Below the pieces are notes generated by a model that was given only the letters and a program-made list of their open reading frames with translations, was not told where the DNA came from and searched no databases. Of a stretch of 36,710 bases of DNA, positions 8,496 to 17,913 are shown in pieces. Within the stretch, counting starts at the first letter, position 1, and each line of letters begins with the position of its first letter. A program made the position numbers and the translations under genes. Source of the DNA: a virus (lineage: Duplodnaviria > Caudoviricetes); the IMG/VR virus record IMGVR_UViG_3300012346_000232, positions 1 to 36,710 of that record, one strand, 5' to 3'.

Positions 8496-9884
8496 ATGAG
8501 TTACAAAATTTACAAAACAGGAGCGTTTGTTATTGTTGAGGATTCAGTAAGCAATCTTACACATGAATTTAATTCAGCTAACGTTCAAATTGAAAAACTA
8601 AAAACAGCAGTTACATCTTACGACTTTTTGTATGAAGGAAGCCCTGTATTTAGAGGTATGTTCTTAACAGAGATTACAGACGCAAATGGAGCAGCTTATA
8701 CGTCAAGTTCTTTTGACACTTTTAGATTTAACCAAGTAGGAAAACAAAACTTTGACGGTATTGGAGCTCAGGGTCCAGTAGGTCCTCAGGGTCCTATTGG
8801 TCCTCAAGGTCTAGTAGGTCCAGTAGGTCCAGCTGGATTAAACTGGCAAGGGGCTTGGGTGTCTGGAAATACTTATGTTATTGATGATGCAGTTGGATAC
8901 AGTGGAGCTTCTTACTTTTGTATTAACAATACATCTGGTACAGTAGCTCCAGATTTAGACACTACAAATTGGGCTTTATTAGCGTCTCAAGGAGCTCAAG
9001 GTCCAGCGGGACCTCAAGGGGTAGCTGGAGCAAATGGAGCAATAGGACCTCAAGGACCTTCTGTACCAAATCTTGAGTATGATGTAACAGACGTTACCGT
9101 TTGGAATAACGGAAAAAATAACATCCCATCTAATACCACTTTTGGAGATAAAGCACTTAGTTCGTTAACTACAGCAGTTAGTTCAACTAGTGTAGGTACT
9201 GATTCCCTTAAATCTTTGACAACTGGAGATCAAAATAATGCTTTAGGACATGCAGCAGGAGAAGCGATGACTACTGGAGCAGATAATGTATTTATTGGAA
9301 CATTCGCAGGACGATCTAACACAAATGGATATTATAATACAATTATAGGTACTAGAGCATCCGCAATAGGAACTACAGGTACTCAGAATACAGCTATTGG
9401 ACATCAATCTTTATTTTTTAATAGGGGTAATTACAATACTGCATTAGGACAAAACAGCATGTATTCTAATACAGTTGGAGAATACAATGCAGCATTAGGT
9501 GTTTATTCATTAGGTAATAATACTACAGGTAATAATAATAATGCTTTTGGTCACTTCTCTCATATTGGATTAACAACAGGATCAAATAATATTGCAGTAG
9601 GAACAAATGCTACAACTGCTGCTAATAATACTACTGGAAGTGTCGTTGTAGGAAATAATGCTATAACAGGTTCGTTCTCTACTGTAATAGGAACTGGAGC
9701 TACATCATTAACATACGCAGGATGTGTTGTTCTAGGTAATAATGCAACGGCTACAGCTAATAATCAATTCGTTGTTGGAAGCAGTGGTCAAAATGCAGGT
9801 ACGGTTACTACAGAATCATTATCAAGTACACAAACATGGACTGTTGTTATTAATGGAGTAACACGTAAAATATTATTAGCATAA
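8496..9884 (+). CDS. Fibre/adhesin with collagen-like repeats, CBM5/12-like motif and YadA-head-like beta-roll repeats
   Basis: Two (G-X-Y)8 tracts flank WVSGNTYVIDDAVGYSGASY. Many ~14-aa NxAxG repeats follow. Confidence 0.75.
   Translation: MSYKIYKTGAFVIVEDSVSNLTHEFNSANVQIEKLKTAVTSYDFLYEGSPVFRGMFLTEITDANGAAYTSSSFDTFRFNQVGKQNFDGIGAQGPVGPQGPIGPQGLVGPVGPAGLNWQGAWVSGNTYVIDDAVGYSGASYFCINNTSGTVAPDLDTTNWALLASQGAQGPAGPQGVAGANGAIGPQGPSVPNLEYDVTDVTVWNNGKNNIPSNTTFGDKALSSLTTAVSSTSVGTDSLKSLTTGDQNNALGHAAGEAMTTGADNVFIGTFAGRSNTNGYYNTIIGTRASAIGTTGTQNTAIGHQSLFFNRGNYNTALGQNSMYSNTVGEYNAALGVYSLGNNTTGNNNNAFGHFSHIGLTTGSNNIAVGTNATTAANNTTGSVVVGNNAITGSFSTVIGTGATSLTYAGCVVLGNNATATANNQFVVGSSGQNAGTVTTESLSSTQTWTVVINGVTRKILLA
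8763..9062 (+). repeat. Two collagen-like 9-bp-period tracts (8763-8834, 8991-9062)
   Basis: GAQGPVGPQGPIGPQGLVGPVGPA and GAQGPAGPQGVAGANGAIGPQGPS. Confidence 0.9.
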
Positions 9885-9886
9885 TT

Positions 9887-10447
9887 ATGAAATTAGACGC
9901 ATATAACATATTAACATACCAAGAAGGGGACTACGTGTTCGGTTATAGACCGAACACACCTCCTGGTAATGTATTTAACTTGAACGATGCTTTTGCTAAA
10001 GTTATCTCTAAAGCTAATTTATCAAATGCGACATCAAGCTTAACTCCTGTTATTTTGGATTCATTATTGATTCCAGCTAACACGGTTAAAACTGGTAATG
10101 TAATTGAGCTAAGAGGAATTTTTGAAAAGGTTGGGGCTAATGGTGGAGCTACTGTAAAAATTAGCGTAAATACAACAAATTCAGCTATCGGTACTCAATT
10201 AGGTACAGTTACAACAGGTTCAACTCAACTGTTTGTTAATAAATTTATGCAAGCATGTGTAACTACATCTGGGACTTATATTTTAGATCCAACTGTATCA
10301 ATGTTGAATGATGAGGTTGTATCTCCTTCAACAGCACCAGCATCCGTGTCAATAGACTGGACTGTCAATCAATACATTATTTTATCTGGTCAAGTGATAA
10401 ATGCGCTTGACACACTAAGAAGTTTAGGAATTAAGGCGGTTGTTTAA
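9887..10447 (+). CDS. Hypothetical beta-rich structural protein
   Basis: 186 aa, Thr/Val/Ser-rich, last gene before a terminator in the fibre block. Confidence 0.55.
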   Translation: MKLDAYNILTYQEGDYVFGYRPNTPPGNVFNLNDAFAKVISKANLSNATSSLTPVILDSLLIPANTVKTGNVIELRGIFEKVGANGGATVKISVNTTNSAIGTQLGTVTTGSTQLFVNKFMQACVTTSGTYILDPTVSMLNDEVVSPSTAPASVSIDWTVNQYIILSGQVINALDTLRSLGIKAVV

Positions 10448-10458
10448 TCGCCTTTTTT
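10433..10458 (+). terminator. Intrinsic terminator
   Basis: AAGGCGGTT-gttt-AATCGCCTT followed by a T tract. Confidence 0.75.
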
Positions 10459-10460
10459 CT

Positions 10461-10468
10461 TATATTTG
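10461..10468 (+). promoter_or_regulatory. Bacteroidota -7 promoter element (TATATTTG)
   Basis: Directly after the terminator. 19-nt A-rich leader to ATG 10488. Confidence 0.7.
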
Positions 10469-10487
10469 CAAAACTAAATTAAATAAA

Positions 10488-10727
10488 ATGGAAAAATTAA
10501 CACAAGACAGTCTCGATAAATTGAGAGCTGCACATTCAAGTTACCAGAATTTACGTTCTGAAATGGCTGACATCGCGTTACACGAAATGATGGTAGTTGA
10601 ACGTAAACAAGAAGTCAAAGAAGCTATTAATGCTGCTAAAGCAGAGTTGATTGGTATTGAAGCTCAACTTAAAGAAGAGTATCAAGCTAAAGCAATTAAC
10701 TTAGTTACAGGCGAAGTTGAAAAATGA
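10488..10727 (+). CDS. Small coiled-coil hypothetical protein
   Basis: MEKLTQDSLDKLR...INLVTGEVEK. ATG 10488 preferred over the track start. Confidence 0.75.
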   Translation: MEKLTQDSLDKLRAAHSSYQNLRSEMADIALHEMMVVERKQEVKEAINAAKAELIGIEAQLKEEYQAKAINLVTGEVEK

Positions 10728-10948
10728 GTTTAATTCGTAAAATATCAGTTGGTCCAGATTACAAGAATGCAATGCATTTTATTGTAGGTCAAGATGTTTT
10801 AGGTAATTCTCATAGAATATCTTCAATCACAATTAATGAAAAAGGAGATTATTTAATCCACATTAAGAATGATTCAGAAGAGGTGGTATTGTGGAAGACA
10901 TTCACAGTTACCGTTCCAATTTCAGTAGAGCATAACATAGACTTTTAA
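10724..10948 (+). CDS. Small beta-rich hypothetical phage protein
   Basis: MSLIRKISVGPDYKNAMHFIVGQ..., ATGA-coupled to the previous gene. Confidence 0.75.
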   Translation: MSLIRKISVGPDYKNAMHFIVGQDVLGNSHRISSITINEKGDYLIHIKNDSEEVVLWKTFTVTVPISVEHNIDF

Positions 10949-10949
10949 C

Positions 10950-11495
10950 ATGAAATCAATATTTCACTTTTTAGTACAACCTAAAGGTGGAAAGCGATAC
11001 GACAACGTAAAGGACTTAGGTGAAGGCAAGAAACTTATAACAAGTACTTCACAGGAGGATCATAAGGCTACAAATAGGTACGCTACTGTTATTGCGCTTC
11101 CACATAATTACGACGGAGATGTTTCTGTTGGTGACGAGGTTATCGTACACCATAATATATTCAGAAAGTATTCAGATATGAAGGGTCGTGAAAAAAGTGG
11201 GAGCGCTCATGTTTTCGAAGACTACTATATTGTGGAGGATATGGAATTGTTTCTATATCGCAATCCAAACGGAGAATGGAAAGCTCCATCACCTTACATG
11301 TTTGTGTCACCTTTACCTAGCGACGATATGGGCGCATTTAAGAAGCTCTACGGTACTATCGAGTACAGTTCCGACCCTAACATCAATTCAGGTGAAATCA
11401 TTTCATTTCAGCCAGACTCTGAGTATGAGTTTAAGATTGACAATAAGTTAATGTACAGAATGTATAAAAGAAACTTGGTATGGAAGAATCAATAA
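10950..11495 (+). CDS. Tandem GroES-like protein (second co-chaperonin-like gene)
   Basis: The N-half (FLVQP...ATVIALP...VSVGDEVIVHHN...YYIVE) and C-half (YMFVSP...YGTIEY...INSGEIISF...EFKIDNKLMYRM) each follow a GroES-like strand pattern. Confidence 0.55.
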   Translation: MKSIFHFLVQPKGGKRYDNVKDLGEGKKLITSTSQEDHKATNRYATVIALPHNYDGDVSVGDEVIVHHNIFRKYSDMKGREKSGSAHVFEDYYIVEDMELFLYRNPNGEWKAPSPYMFVSPLPSDDMGAFKKLYGTIEYSSDPNINSGEIISFQPDSEYEFKIDNKLMYRMYKRNLVWKNQ

Positions 11496-11782
11496 TTGAC
11501 AAAAAGAAAAGAATCTGTAAGGCAGGTAGAAAAGCAGTTGATGAGTTGATAAAGATTGCTGAAGAACCTTTGATTCATAGCAGATTAAATGCAGATAATT
11601 CCACTGAAGATGGATTAGCTGCTGATAAATTAACTAGAGCTGCTCAATCCAAGAAGCTGGCTATATTTGATGCGCTTGAGATATTAGCGCGTGTACAGCA
11701 AGAAGAGCTTGAGATTGAGGCAGCTGAGATGGGTGGGCAAGTTGTTGCTCCATCTAGTTTTGCAGAACGAAGAGCAAAGTAA
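11480..11782 (+). CDS. Putative terminase small subunit
   Basis: 100-aa helical protein immediately upstream of the large terminase. Assigned by position only. Confidence 0.45.
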   Translation: MEESIIDKKKRICKAGRKAVDELIKIAEEPLIHSRLNADNSTEDGLAADKLTRAAQSKKLAIFDALEILARVQQEELEIEAAEMGGQVVAPSSFAERRAK

Positions 11783-11783
11783 T

Positions 11784-14003
11784 ATGTCATTATACGAACT
11801 AGCACCGAACTACGTAGATAAAGTTTCTAAAGCCAACAAGAATAGAGGCAAGAAATGGAAGTATGGCTACAACGAAGAGCTTGATTTAATTATCATCTCT
11901 AAGGACGGAACAATAGGTGATGTTTACTATATCAATGGGCTTTACATAGCTCTTCCTGCTACTCCAGACAAAGCTGATGACTACGGTAATAAATGGAAAC
12001 CTACTCCAATACCACAAGAGCTTTCACGTATCAAAACTATATTCGATTGGAATAGAAAGGATAATCCATTCAAGATGAAGTATGTTGACTACATCGAGAA
12101 GGAGTTTGACAAACGTGAGAACGGTCATTGGTTCATTAACAAAGGAAAGAAAACATACATCACGGGAAGTCACTACATGTACCTTAACTGGTCTAAGATC
12201 GACGTTGGTCTACCTGATTTCCGTGAGTCAAATAGAATTTACTTTATTTATTGGGAAGCATGTAAGGCTGACAACAGATGCTTTGGGATGATTTACCTAA
12301 AGAACAGACGTTCAGGATTTTCATTTATGTCAGCTTCAGAGACATCTAACATAGGAACTATTTCTAAGGATGCTCGCCTTGGTATATGTTCTAAGACAGG
12401 TGGTGACGCGAAGAAAATGTTTACGGATAAGGTTGTTCCAATTGTAAAGAACTACCCATTCTTCTTCAAGCCAGTGCAAGATGGTATGGATAATCCAAAG
12501 ACGGAGTTAGCGTTTAGGCTTCCTGCATCTAGGATTACAAAGAAGAACATGTACGAAGAGTCTGAGGTTGAAGAGATTGAAGGGCTTGACACAACAATTG
12601 ACTGGAAAAACACAGACGAAAATGCCTATGATGGTGAAAAGTTACTGTTTCTAGTTGAGGATGAGGCTGCTAAGTTAGAGCGACCAAACAATATTTTAAA
12701 TGGATGGCGTGTACGTAAAACGTGTTTACGTTTGGGTTCGCGTATCACAGGTAAGTGCATGATGGGGTCTACCGCAAATGCATTACTAAAAGGAGGACAA
12801 AATTACAAAGATTTATATTATGATTCGGACCCTAAGAAAAGGAACAAAAATGGTCAAACGAAAAGTGGACTATACTCTTTATTCATCCCGATGGATTACA
12901 ATTTTGAGGGATATATTGATGAATTCGGGCACGCTGTTATAGACGACCCAAAAGTTCCCGTGAAAGGCGCTGACGGTGAGATGATTACACAAGGTGTTGT
13001 TTCGTATTGGAATAACGAGGTTGAGTCACTCAAAGCAGATCCTGACGCATTGAATGAATGGTACAGACAGTTTCCTAGAACTGAGTCGCATGCATTTAGA
13101 GACGAATCTAAGTCAAGTATATTCAACTTAACAAAAATATACCAACAAATAGACTACAACGAATCTTTGATTAGAGACAGAGTAGTTGTGCGCGGTTCGT
13201 TTCATTGGCGCGATGGTAAGTTAGATAGCGAGGTTGTATGGACTCCAGATGTGCGAGGAAGATTCGCTGTAACTTGGATGCCTGAGAAAGCAATGCAAAA
13301 TAACGTAATCAAACGTAACGGAGGATTTTATCCTGGCAACGAACATATCGGTGCATTCGGGTGTGACCCATACGATATATCAGGTACAGTTGATGGACGC
13401 GCGTCTAACGGAGCATTACATGGGAAGACTGGGTTTACTATAGATAACGCACCAAGCAACTTCTTTTTCTTAGAGTACATTGCTCGTCCACAGACAGCTG
13501 AGATATTCTTTGAGGAGGTGCTAATGGCTTGTGTATTCTACGGTATGCCTATTCTTATTGAGAATAATAAGCAGCGTTTATTATATCACTTCAAGAACCG
13601 TGGATACAGAAATTTCTCGATCAACCGTCCAGATAAGAAAATTCATATGCTATCTAAAACTGAGAAGGAATTAGGTGGTATACCTAACAGTTCGGAAGAC
13701 GTTAAGCAAGCTCACGCAAGTGGTATTGAGACTTATATCGAGAAGTACGTTGGTATAGATGCAGAAGGAACATATCGCGACCCAGAGGACATGGGACAGA
13801 TGTACTTCGCGCGTACTTTAGAGGATTGGGCTAGATTCGATATCAACAACAGAACTAAGCATGATGCCTCGATTAGCAGTGGTCTAGCAATCATGGCTAC
13901 AAATAGACACGCATTTGTTTCAAAAGCAGAGAAACCAAAGCTGACTGTTAGGCTCCCAAGATATGACAATTCGGGTACTACGAGTAAAATTGTCAGAAAT
14001 TAA
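11784..14003 (+). CDS. terL: Terminase large subunit
   Basis: Walker A-type KNRRSGFS, Walker B LFLVEDE, motif III MGST, nuclease GCDPYD and ILIENN. Start placed at ATG 11784. Confidence 0.92.
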   Translation: MSLYELAPNYVDKVSKANKNRGKKWKYGYNEELDLIIISKDGTIGDVYYINGLYIALPATPDKADDYGNKWKPTPIPQELSRIKTIFDWNRKDNPFKMKYVDYIEKEFDKRENGHWFINKGKKTYITGSHYMYLNWSKIDVGLPDFRESNRIYFIYWEACKADNRCFGMIYLKNRRSGFSFMSASETSNIGTISKDARLGICSKTGGDAKKMFTDKVVPIVKNYPFFFKPVQDGMDNPKTELAFRLPASRITKKNMYEESEVEEIEGLDTTIDWKNTDENAYDGEKLLFLVEDEAAKLERPNNILNGWRVRKTCLRLGSRITGKCMMGSTANALLKGGQNYKDLYYDSDPKKRNKNGQTKSGLYSLFIPMDYNFEGYIDEFGHAVIDDPKVPVKGADGEMITQGVVSYWNNEVESLKADPDALNEWYRQFPRTESHAFRDESKSSIFNLTKIYQQIDYNESLIRDRVVVRGSFHWRDGKLDSEVVWTPDVRGRFAVTWMPEKAMQNNVIKRNGGFYPGNEHIGAFGCDPYDISGTVDGRASNGALHGKTGFTIDNAPSNFFFLEYIARPQTAEIFFEEVLMACVFYGMPILIENNKQRLLYHFKNRGYRNFSINRPDKKIHMLSKTEKELGGIPNSSEDVKQAHASGIETYIEKYVGIDAEGTYRDPEDMGQMYFARTLEDWARFDINNRTKHDASISSGLAIMATNRHAFVSKAEKPKLTVRLPRYDNSGTTSKIVRN

Positions 14004-14006
14004 TCG

Positions 14007-14014
14007 TAATTTTG
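14007..14014 (+). promoter_or_regulatory. Bacteroidota -7 promoter element (TAATTTTG)
   Basis: Between terL and the portal gene, 20 nt before ATG 14035. Confidence 0.6.
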
Positions 14015-14034
14015 AAAATTGAAAGATTAACTAA

Positions 14035-16449
14035 ATGAGTATAGAGGTAAAGATTCCGTATCAAGCGTTCCCATCCGAGCTTGTCCCTGATGTTCAGAAA
14101 GAAACGATGGAGTATGGTCGACAAGTTGGTAACGCTATTTCGATGGAATGGTTTGAGCGAAGAGGCGGTAGTTGTCGATTTTATGACCAGTGGGCTGAGT
14201 TCCATAAGAGGAGATTATATGCTCGCGCGGAACAACCTATATCTAAGTACAAGAATGAGATGTCAACAGACGGTGACTTGTCTCACTTAAACTTAGACTT
14301 TACTCCAGTTCCAATTATACCTAAATTCGTAGATATCGTTGTTAACGGAATGAGAGACAGAGAGATGTCAATCAAAGCGTTTTCACAAGATGTTATTTCA
14401 GCAGAGAAGAGAAACGAGTTTCAAGATATGATTGAAGCTGATATGATTGCTAAAGATTTCTTGAATCAAACAAAAGAACAGTTCGGTATTGACGCATTTA
14501 ATGTTGATCCTGAGAAGTTGCCAGAGGATGATGACGAGTTATCTTTATACATGCAGTTAAATTACAAGCCTGCTATCGAGATTGCTGAGGAGGTTGCTAT
14601 TGATACAATTATGCTTGAAAACAAGTATGATGAAATTAGAGACCGAATTAACTACGACATCACTGTACTTGGTATTGGTGTTGGTAAGCATGAGTTTTTA
14701 AAGGGAGACGGAGTAAGATTACGTTACGTTGATCCAGCTAATATTGTTTACAGTTACACTGAAGATCCTTACTTTGATGATTGTTTCTATTGGGGTGAAG
14801 TTAAGATGGTTCATATCAATGAGCTACTTAAAATCAATCCAGATTTAACAGATAAAGAACTAGAAGAAATACGTAGCATGTCTTCTGCATGGTCGGAGAA
14901 CTATCCGTCAATGCGTCGATATGATATATTCCAAAAAGATATTATTACATTACTTTACTTTAACTACAAAACCACTAAGGATTTTGTATATAAGAAAAAG
15001 AAAATGTCAACAGGTGGAGAGAAGGTAATCAAGAAGGATTCATCATTCAATCCTGAGCCAAACGAGAACTTCGAAAGACTTGGAGTAAAGAAAGACGTTT
15101 GGTATGAGGGTATCATGATTATGGGTACTCAAAAAATGATTAAGTGGGAAATGGCTAAAAACATGGTAAGAGAGAAATCTTCCATGCAACATGCATATCC
15201 AAACTATATTGCTTGTGCTCCTAGAATGTACAAAGGTGTTGTTGAGTCTTTAGTTAGACGTATGATTCCTTTTGCTGATCAGATTCAGATGACTCACTTG
15301 AAGTTACAACAAGTTAAGTCACGTATTGTTCCTGATGGGGTGTTCATTGACGCTGATGGTATCAATGAAGTTGATTTAGGTACAGGAGCTGCATACACTC
15401 CAGAGGATGCATTAAGATTATACTTCCAAACGGGATCGGTAATTGGACGTAGCTTTACGCAAGATGGGGACTTTAATAACGCTAGAGTTCCAATCCAACA
15501 ATTAAACACAAGCTCTTCTTACGAGAAGATGCAGTCACTTGTTGCTGACTACAACCATAACTTAAACATGATACGCGACGTAACTGGACTTAATGAGGCT
15601 AGAGATGGCTCAACTCCAGATCCTGACGCGTTAGTTGGATTACAGAAACTTGCTGCTCTTAATAGTAACGTGGCTACACGTCATATATTAGATGCAAGTA
15701 TGTATATTACCAAGACTTTAGCTGAATGCGTATCGTTACGTGTTGCTGACATTCTTCAGTACTCTGACATGGCAGAAGATTTCGCAATGAAAATTGGGAA
15801 GTATAACATGAAAATACTTGAGGAGATTAAGGAGTTGTACTTATATAACTTTGGTATATTCATTGAAATGTCTCCAGATGAAGAGCAAAAGGCTATGCTT
15901 GAGCAAAACATTCAGATGTCACTTCAAACAGGTTCAATTGAGTTAGAGGATGCTATTGATATCCGAACAATTAGAAACGTGAAGTTGGCTAACGAGATGT
16001 TGAAAGTTAAACGTAAGAAACGTCAGAAAGATAAGCAAGAGCGTGAGGATGTTCAGATGCAGATGCAAGGACAACTTAACCAACAGTCTCAAGCTATGGC
16101 AGCCGAAGCTAAGATGCAAGCTATTCAGGCTGAAGCACAAGCTAAAATGGCTGTTAGACAAACTGAGTCTGACTTGGCTATTAAGCAACTTCAAGTTGAG
16201 GCTGCTCTTAAATCTCAGTTGATGGATAAAGAATTCCAAATCAACATGGAGTTGAGAGGTATGGAAGCTGATACTATTCTAAAGAAAACAGATAAAGCTG
16301 AGAGAGCTAAGGACGAAAGAGTATTGAAGCAAGCTTCAGCTCAATCTAAATTAATCGATCAGCGTAAAAATAATTTACCTCCAGTTGACTTCGAAAGTAG
16401 CCTAGATGATTTGGGTGATTTCGATATGGAGTCTTACGAACCAAAATAA
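14035..16449 (+). CDS. Portal protein (crAss-like/podovirus type)
   Basis: 804 aa directly after terL. PIIPKFVDIVV and IRDVTGLNEARDG motifs, plus a long Gln/Ala-rich C-terminal helical region. Confidence 0.85.
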   Translation: MSIEVKIPYQAFPSELVPDVQKETMEYGRQVGNAISMEWFERRGGSCRFYDQWAEFHKRRLYARAEQPISKYKNEMSTDGDLSHLNLDFTPVPIIPKFVDIVVNGMRDREMSIKAFSQDVISAEKRNEFQDMIEADMIAKDFLNQTKEQFGIDAFNVDPEKLPEDDDELSLYMQLNYKPAIEIAEEVAIDTIMLENKYDEIRDRINYDITVLGIGVGKHEFLKGDGVRLRYVDPANIVYSYTEDPYFDDCFYWGEVKMVHINELLKINPDLTDKELEEIRSMSSAWSENYPSMRRYDIFQKDIITLLYFNYKTTKDFVYKKKKMSTGGEKVIKKDSSFNPEPNENFERLGVKKDVWYEGIMIMGTQKMIKWEMAKNMVREKSSMQHAYPNYIACAPRMYKGVVESLVRRMIPFADQIQMTHLKLQQVKSRIVPDGVFIDADGINEVDLGTGAAYTPEDALRLYFQTGSVIGRSFTQDGDFNNARVPIQQLNTSSSYEKMQSLVADYNHNLNMIRDVTGLNEARDGSTPDPDALVGLQKLAALNSNVATRHILDASMYITKTLAECVSLRVADILQYSDMAEDFAMKIGKYNMKILEEIKELYLYNFGIFIEMSPDEEQKAMLEQNIQMSLQTGSIELEDAIDIRTIRNVKLANEMLKVKRKKRQKDKQEREDVQMQMQGQLNQQSQAMAAEAKMQAIQAEAQAKMAVRQTESDLAIKQLQVEAALKSQLMDKEFQINMELRGMEADTILKKTDKAERAKDERVLKQASAQSKLIDQRKNNLPPVDFESSLDDLGDFDMESYEPK

Positions 16450-16455
16450 ATAGAT

Positions 16456-16758
16456 ATGATCAAGAAGTCAGAAATGAAGTGCAATACGTCTAAGAAGACT
16501 CCTGGGCATCCTACTAAGTCGCATGTTGTTAAGGCATGTGAGAATGGTAAGGAAAAGATTATTCGATTTGGACAGCAAGGCGTAAGTGGAAGTCCTAAAA
16601 AGGAAGGTGAGTCTGAAGCTGCTAAAAATAGAAGAGCGTCGTTCAAAGCGCGTCACGCAAAGAATATTGCAAAAGGTAAGATGAGCCCAGCATTTTGGAG
16701 CGACCGCGTAAAATGGAGCATAGTGTTTTTTATATCAAATGGGTATTTGTTGGTATAA
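16456..16758 (+). CDS. Small basic hypothetical protein (KIIRFGQQG...RRASFKARH...SPAFW type)
   Basis: Motif pattern recalled from small basic viral proteins. Function unknown. Confidence 0.75.
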   Translation: MIKKSEMKCNTSKKTPGHPTKSHVVKACENGKEKIIRFGQQGVSGSPKKEGESEAAKNRRASFKARHAKNIAKGKMSPAFWSDRVKWSIVFFISNGYLLV

Positions 16759-16788
16759 TGCACTGAAATAAAAATTAATAAAAATTAC

Positions 16789-16796
16789 TAATTTTG
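16789..16796 (+). promoter_or_regulatory. Bacteroidota -7 promoter element (TAATTTTG), capsid operon
   Basis: AT-rich gap, 15 nt before ATG 16812. Confidence 0.65.
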
Positions 16797-16811
16797 TAAA
16801 AATTAAATCAA

Positions 16812-17900
16812 ATGAGTGAAATTAAAGTAAGACTTGTAGAAGATGCTGAGCAAAAGCCACTACAAGTAAGAGAAGCTGAATTGTTAGCTGCGGCAGGTGA
16901 AGATGTTATTGTTCCTGAAGTAGCTGAAGAGACTAAAACAGAAGAAGAAACTATTATCGATCCAATTGATATTGAGATTGATGAAGATAAAGTAAAATCG
17001 TTCTTTGAAAAGAAATATGGAAAGCAAGTTGAGTCTTTTGACGACTTATTTCAAGAGCCAAAGGTAATTGAGAAAGAGTTGGATGAAGATGTGGCTGCAT
17101 TTCAGAAATATAAAAAGGAGACAGGAAGAGGGTTGGATGACTTTATGAAGTTAAACAAAGACTACACTTCCATGGATCCAGACCAAGTACTTTTAGAGTG
17201 GTATTCAAATGAGAATCCTGAGTTGACTCGTCAAGAGTTAATGGAAGAGATTAACGATAAGTTTGGATATGATGAATATGCAGATGATGCTGACATTTCT
17301 AAAAGAGAACGGGCAAAGAAAAAAGAGCTTGCTAAAGCTACCAAAGAACTTAATGCTTTGAAAGAACAGTACAAAGCTCCTCTTGAGTCAAGAGGACTTG
17401 ATGTTCCAGAAGAAGAGAAGAGTGCTTGGGAAGAATTTAGAAAAGCTAAAGAAACTTCGACGAAGCAAGGCGAAGAACAGCAACAGAAAGCTCAATACTT
17501 TCAGCAAAAAACAGATGAGTTATTCTCTTCAGATTTCGAAGGTTTCGGATTTAAAACTGAAGATGGAAACAAGATTGTTTACAAGCCGAAAGAGACGGGA
17601 GAAATTAAAGTTGAACAATCTAGCGTACTAAACTTTATTAATAAGTTTTTAGATGCAGACGGTAAACTTAAAGATGCTGAAGCTTATCATCGCTCAATTG
17701 CTGTAGCGTTAGACCCAGACAAATTTTTTAAATTTGCTTATGACCAGGGTAGAGCAGACAATGCCAAAGAACTAGAGGCTAGTTCTAAAAATATTGACAT
17801 GTCTCGTAATACACCTCAAGTTGTGCAAAATGGAGGGTTTAGCATTAAAGCTGTTGACGCTGAGCGAGGAAACAGGTTAATTATTAAGAAACAAAGCTAA
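16812..17900 (+). CDS. Putative capsid scaffolding protein
   Basis: Very acidic helical 362-aa protein directly upstream of the major capsid gene. Confidence 0.65.
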   Translation: MSEIKVRLVEDAEQKPLQVREAELLAAAGEDVIVPEVAEETKTEEETIIDPIDIEIDEDKVKSFFEKKYGKQVESFDDLFQEPKVIEKELDEDVAAFQKYKKETGRGLDDFMKLNKDYTSMDPDQVLLEWYSNENPELTRQELMEEINDKFGYDEYADDADISKRERAKKKELAKATKELNALKEQYKAPLESRGLDVPEEEKSAWEEFRKAKETSTKQGEEQQQKAQYFQQKTDELFSSDFEGFGFKTEDGNKIVYKPKETGEIKVEQSSVLNFINKFLDADGKLKDAEAYHRSIAVALDPDKFFKFAYDQGRADNAKELEASSKNIDMSRNTPQVVQNGGFSIKAVDAERGNRLIIKKQS

Positions 17901-17913
17901 AAATTAAGAAAAC

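Noticed and set aside
8763-9790. Periodic DNA that might suggest a CRISPR array or DGR repeat
   Set aside because: Explained by collagen and beta-roll protein repeats. There is no spacer structure and no reverse transcriptase.
16711-16758. Hydrophobic tail after KW in the 16456 ORF, a possible lost stop codon
   Set aside because: Needs a homologue alignment and has no independent support in the sequence.
16751-16759. TGGTATAAT extended -10-like element
   Set aside because: Single instance overlapping a stop codon. A TAnnTTTG element nearby explains the promoter consistently with the rest of the window.
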